Below are positions 63,635 through 64,000 of a DNA stretch of 64,000 bases, piece by piece. The translations under genes and the position numbers were made by a program. Each line of letters opens with the position of its first letter. Within the stretch, counting starts at the first letter, position 1. Source of the DNA: Bdellovibrionales bacterium (lineage in GTDB: Bacteria > Bdellovibrionota > Bdellovibrionia > Bdellovibrionales > UBA1609); the NCBI GenBank assembly GCA_019637855.1, contig JAHBUX010000003.1:133431-197430 (forward strand), in the 5' to 3' direction. The notes below the pieces were generated by a model that searched no databases, was not told where the DNA came from, and worked only from the letters and a program-made list of their open reading frames with translations.

Positions 63635-64000
63635 AATGGTATTGGCTGCTGCTGTTCATTTTGTTCTGCAGCGGTGTCGTGTACCTTTTATTTTCCGGCA
63701 ATCCGTATCTGTACTCGCATCACGAGCTGCGCTCCGCCTTGAGCGTGGGAGACGTCAGCCAGCGCCAAACTATTCCCAGCCGCCCCCAAGCGCCGGAGAA
63801 GCTAAGCCCGCCAACGTTTTATTCACGCTTCAACTTTGAACGTACGGCCATGGAACCTGGCACCTCACCGCGCAGCCGCGTTTATCTCGAGCATGAGCAC
63901 AATGTGGTCAACATGGGCGATAGCGCCTTTGAAGTGCAAAATGTTTCAGGCGACAGCTCGGGCTTTTATCTAAGCGGAAAGAGCCCGTGGGTGCTGGCGG
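63610..64000 (+). CDS. 5' part of a membrane-anchored hypothetical protein (partial, continues past the window)
   Basis: This frame is open from the TGA at 63607-63609 to the window end. GTG 63610 gives (M)EYESRQVKWYWLLLFILFCSGVVYLLF... (N-in signal anchor), followed by a GC3-rich coding-like sequence. It is preferred over the 79-aa ORF 63600-63839 in another frame. Confidence 0.45.
   Translation, partial: MEYESRQVKWYWLLLFILFCSGVVYLLFSGNPYLYSHHELRSALSVGDVSQRQTIPSRPQAPEKLSPPTFYSRFNFERTAMEPGTSPRSRVYLEHEHNVVNMGDSAFEVQNVSGDSSGFYLSGKSPWVLA

Noticed and set aside
63600-63839. 79-aa ORF from the track, beginning inside the end of the membrane-protein gene.
   Set aside because: The translation is R/A/P-rich and non-protein-like. 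Another frame (from GTG 63610) stays open to the window end with a signal anchor and GC3 bias, so that frame is preferred.

Overview
This is a moderately GC-rich, gene-dense bacterial chromosomal segment. About 60 genes are packed with many 1-50 nt overlaps, and almost all of them are core housekeeping genes. Calls rest on motifs I can read in the supplied translations. No database search was possible, and start codons are the least certain part.

Content by position:
- 1-2.1 kb: lipoprotein, acyl-CoA thioesterase, small LuxR-type regulator.
- 2.3-7.0 kb: glnD-like gene and mutS.
- 7.0-10.9 kb: MoxR / DUF58 / transglutaminase operon.
- 10.9-14.0 kb: peptidoglycan-recycling trio mpl, ampD, ldcA.
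- 14.0-15.9 kb: FAH-family hydrolase and type II NADH dehydrogenase.
- 17.6-26.3 kb: gap-free purine operon purM-orphan-purB-purC-purS-purQ-purL-purF.
- 27.4-35.4 kb: one minus-strand string of cysteine desulfurase, mnmA, mtaB-like, rnc, era, der and an NSS transporter.
- 36.6-44.1 kb: tilS, ftsH, cdaA, short cdaR, glmM, nnr, tsaE.
- 44.3-50.4 kb: small secreted / SRPBCC proteins, a vWA lipoprotein and an OmpA-family protein.
- 50.6-58.1 kb: two translationally coupled soluble hybrid histidine kinases.
- 58.4-64.0 kb: a mixed operon (START-like, PilZ, thioesterase, glpX, zinc ribbon) divergent from pgsA and membrane proteins.

I see no tRNA or rRNA genes, CRISPR arrays, transposases, integrases, phage genes or recognisable defence modules. 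I could not identify a clear-cut new multi-gene system.

The most unusual items are:
1. The 1842-aa kinase, whose middle ~3.4 kb is an in-frame array of 276-nt (92-aa) poly-HAMP units. It includes a near-identical tandem duplicate.
2. An unassignable 411-codon gene wedged by overlaps on both sides into the pur operon.
3. An 830-aa lipoprotein with a proline-rich spacer, a vWA domain and a K/A/S/T-rich tail.
4. A 389-aa protein with T2SS-E-N-terminal-like and GAF-like halves.

The gene set combines Gram-negative OMPs and lipoproteins, split purS/Q/L, a Bacillus-type PurF and the cdaA-cdaR-glmM cluster. That is compatible with a Bdellovibrionota / deltaproteobacteria-like organism, but this is only an inference.
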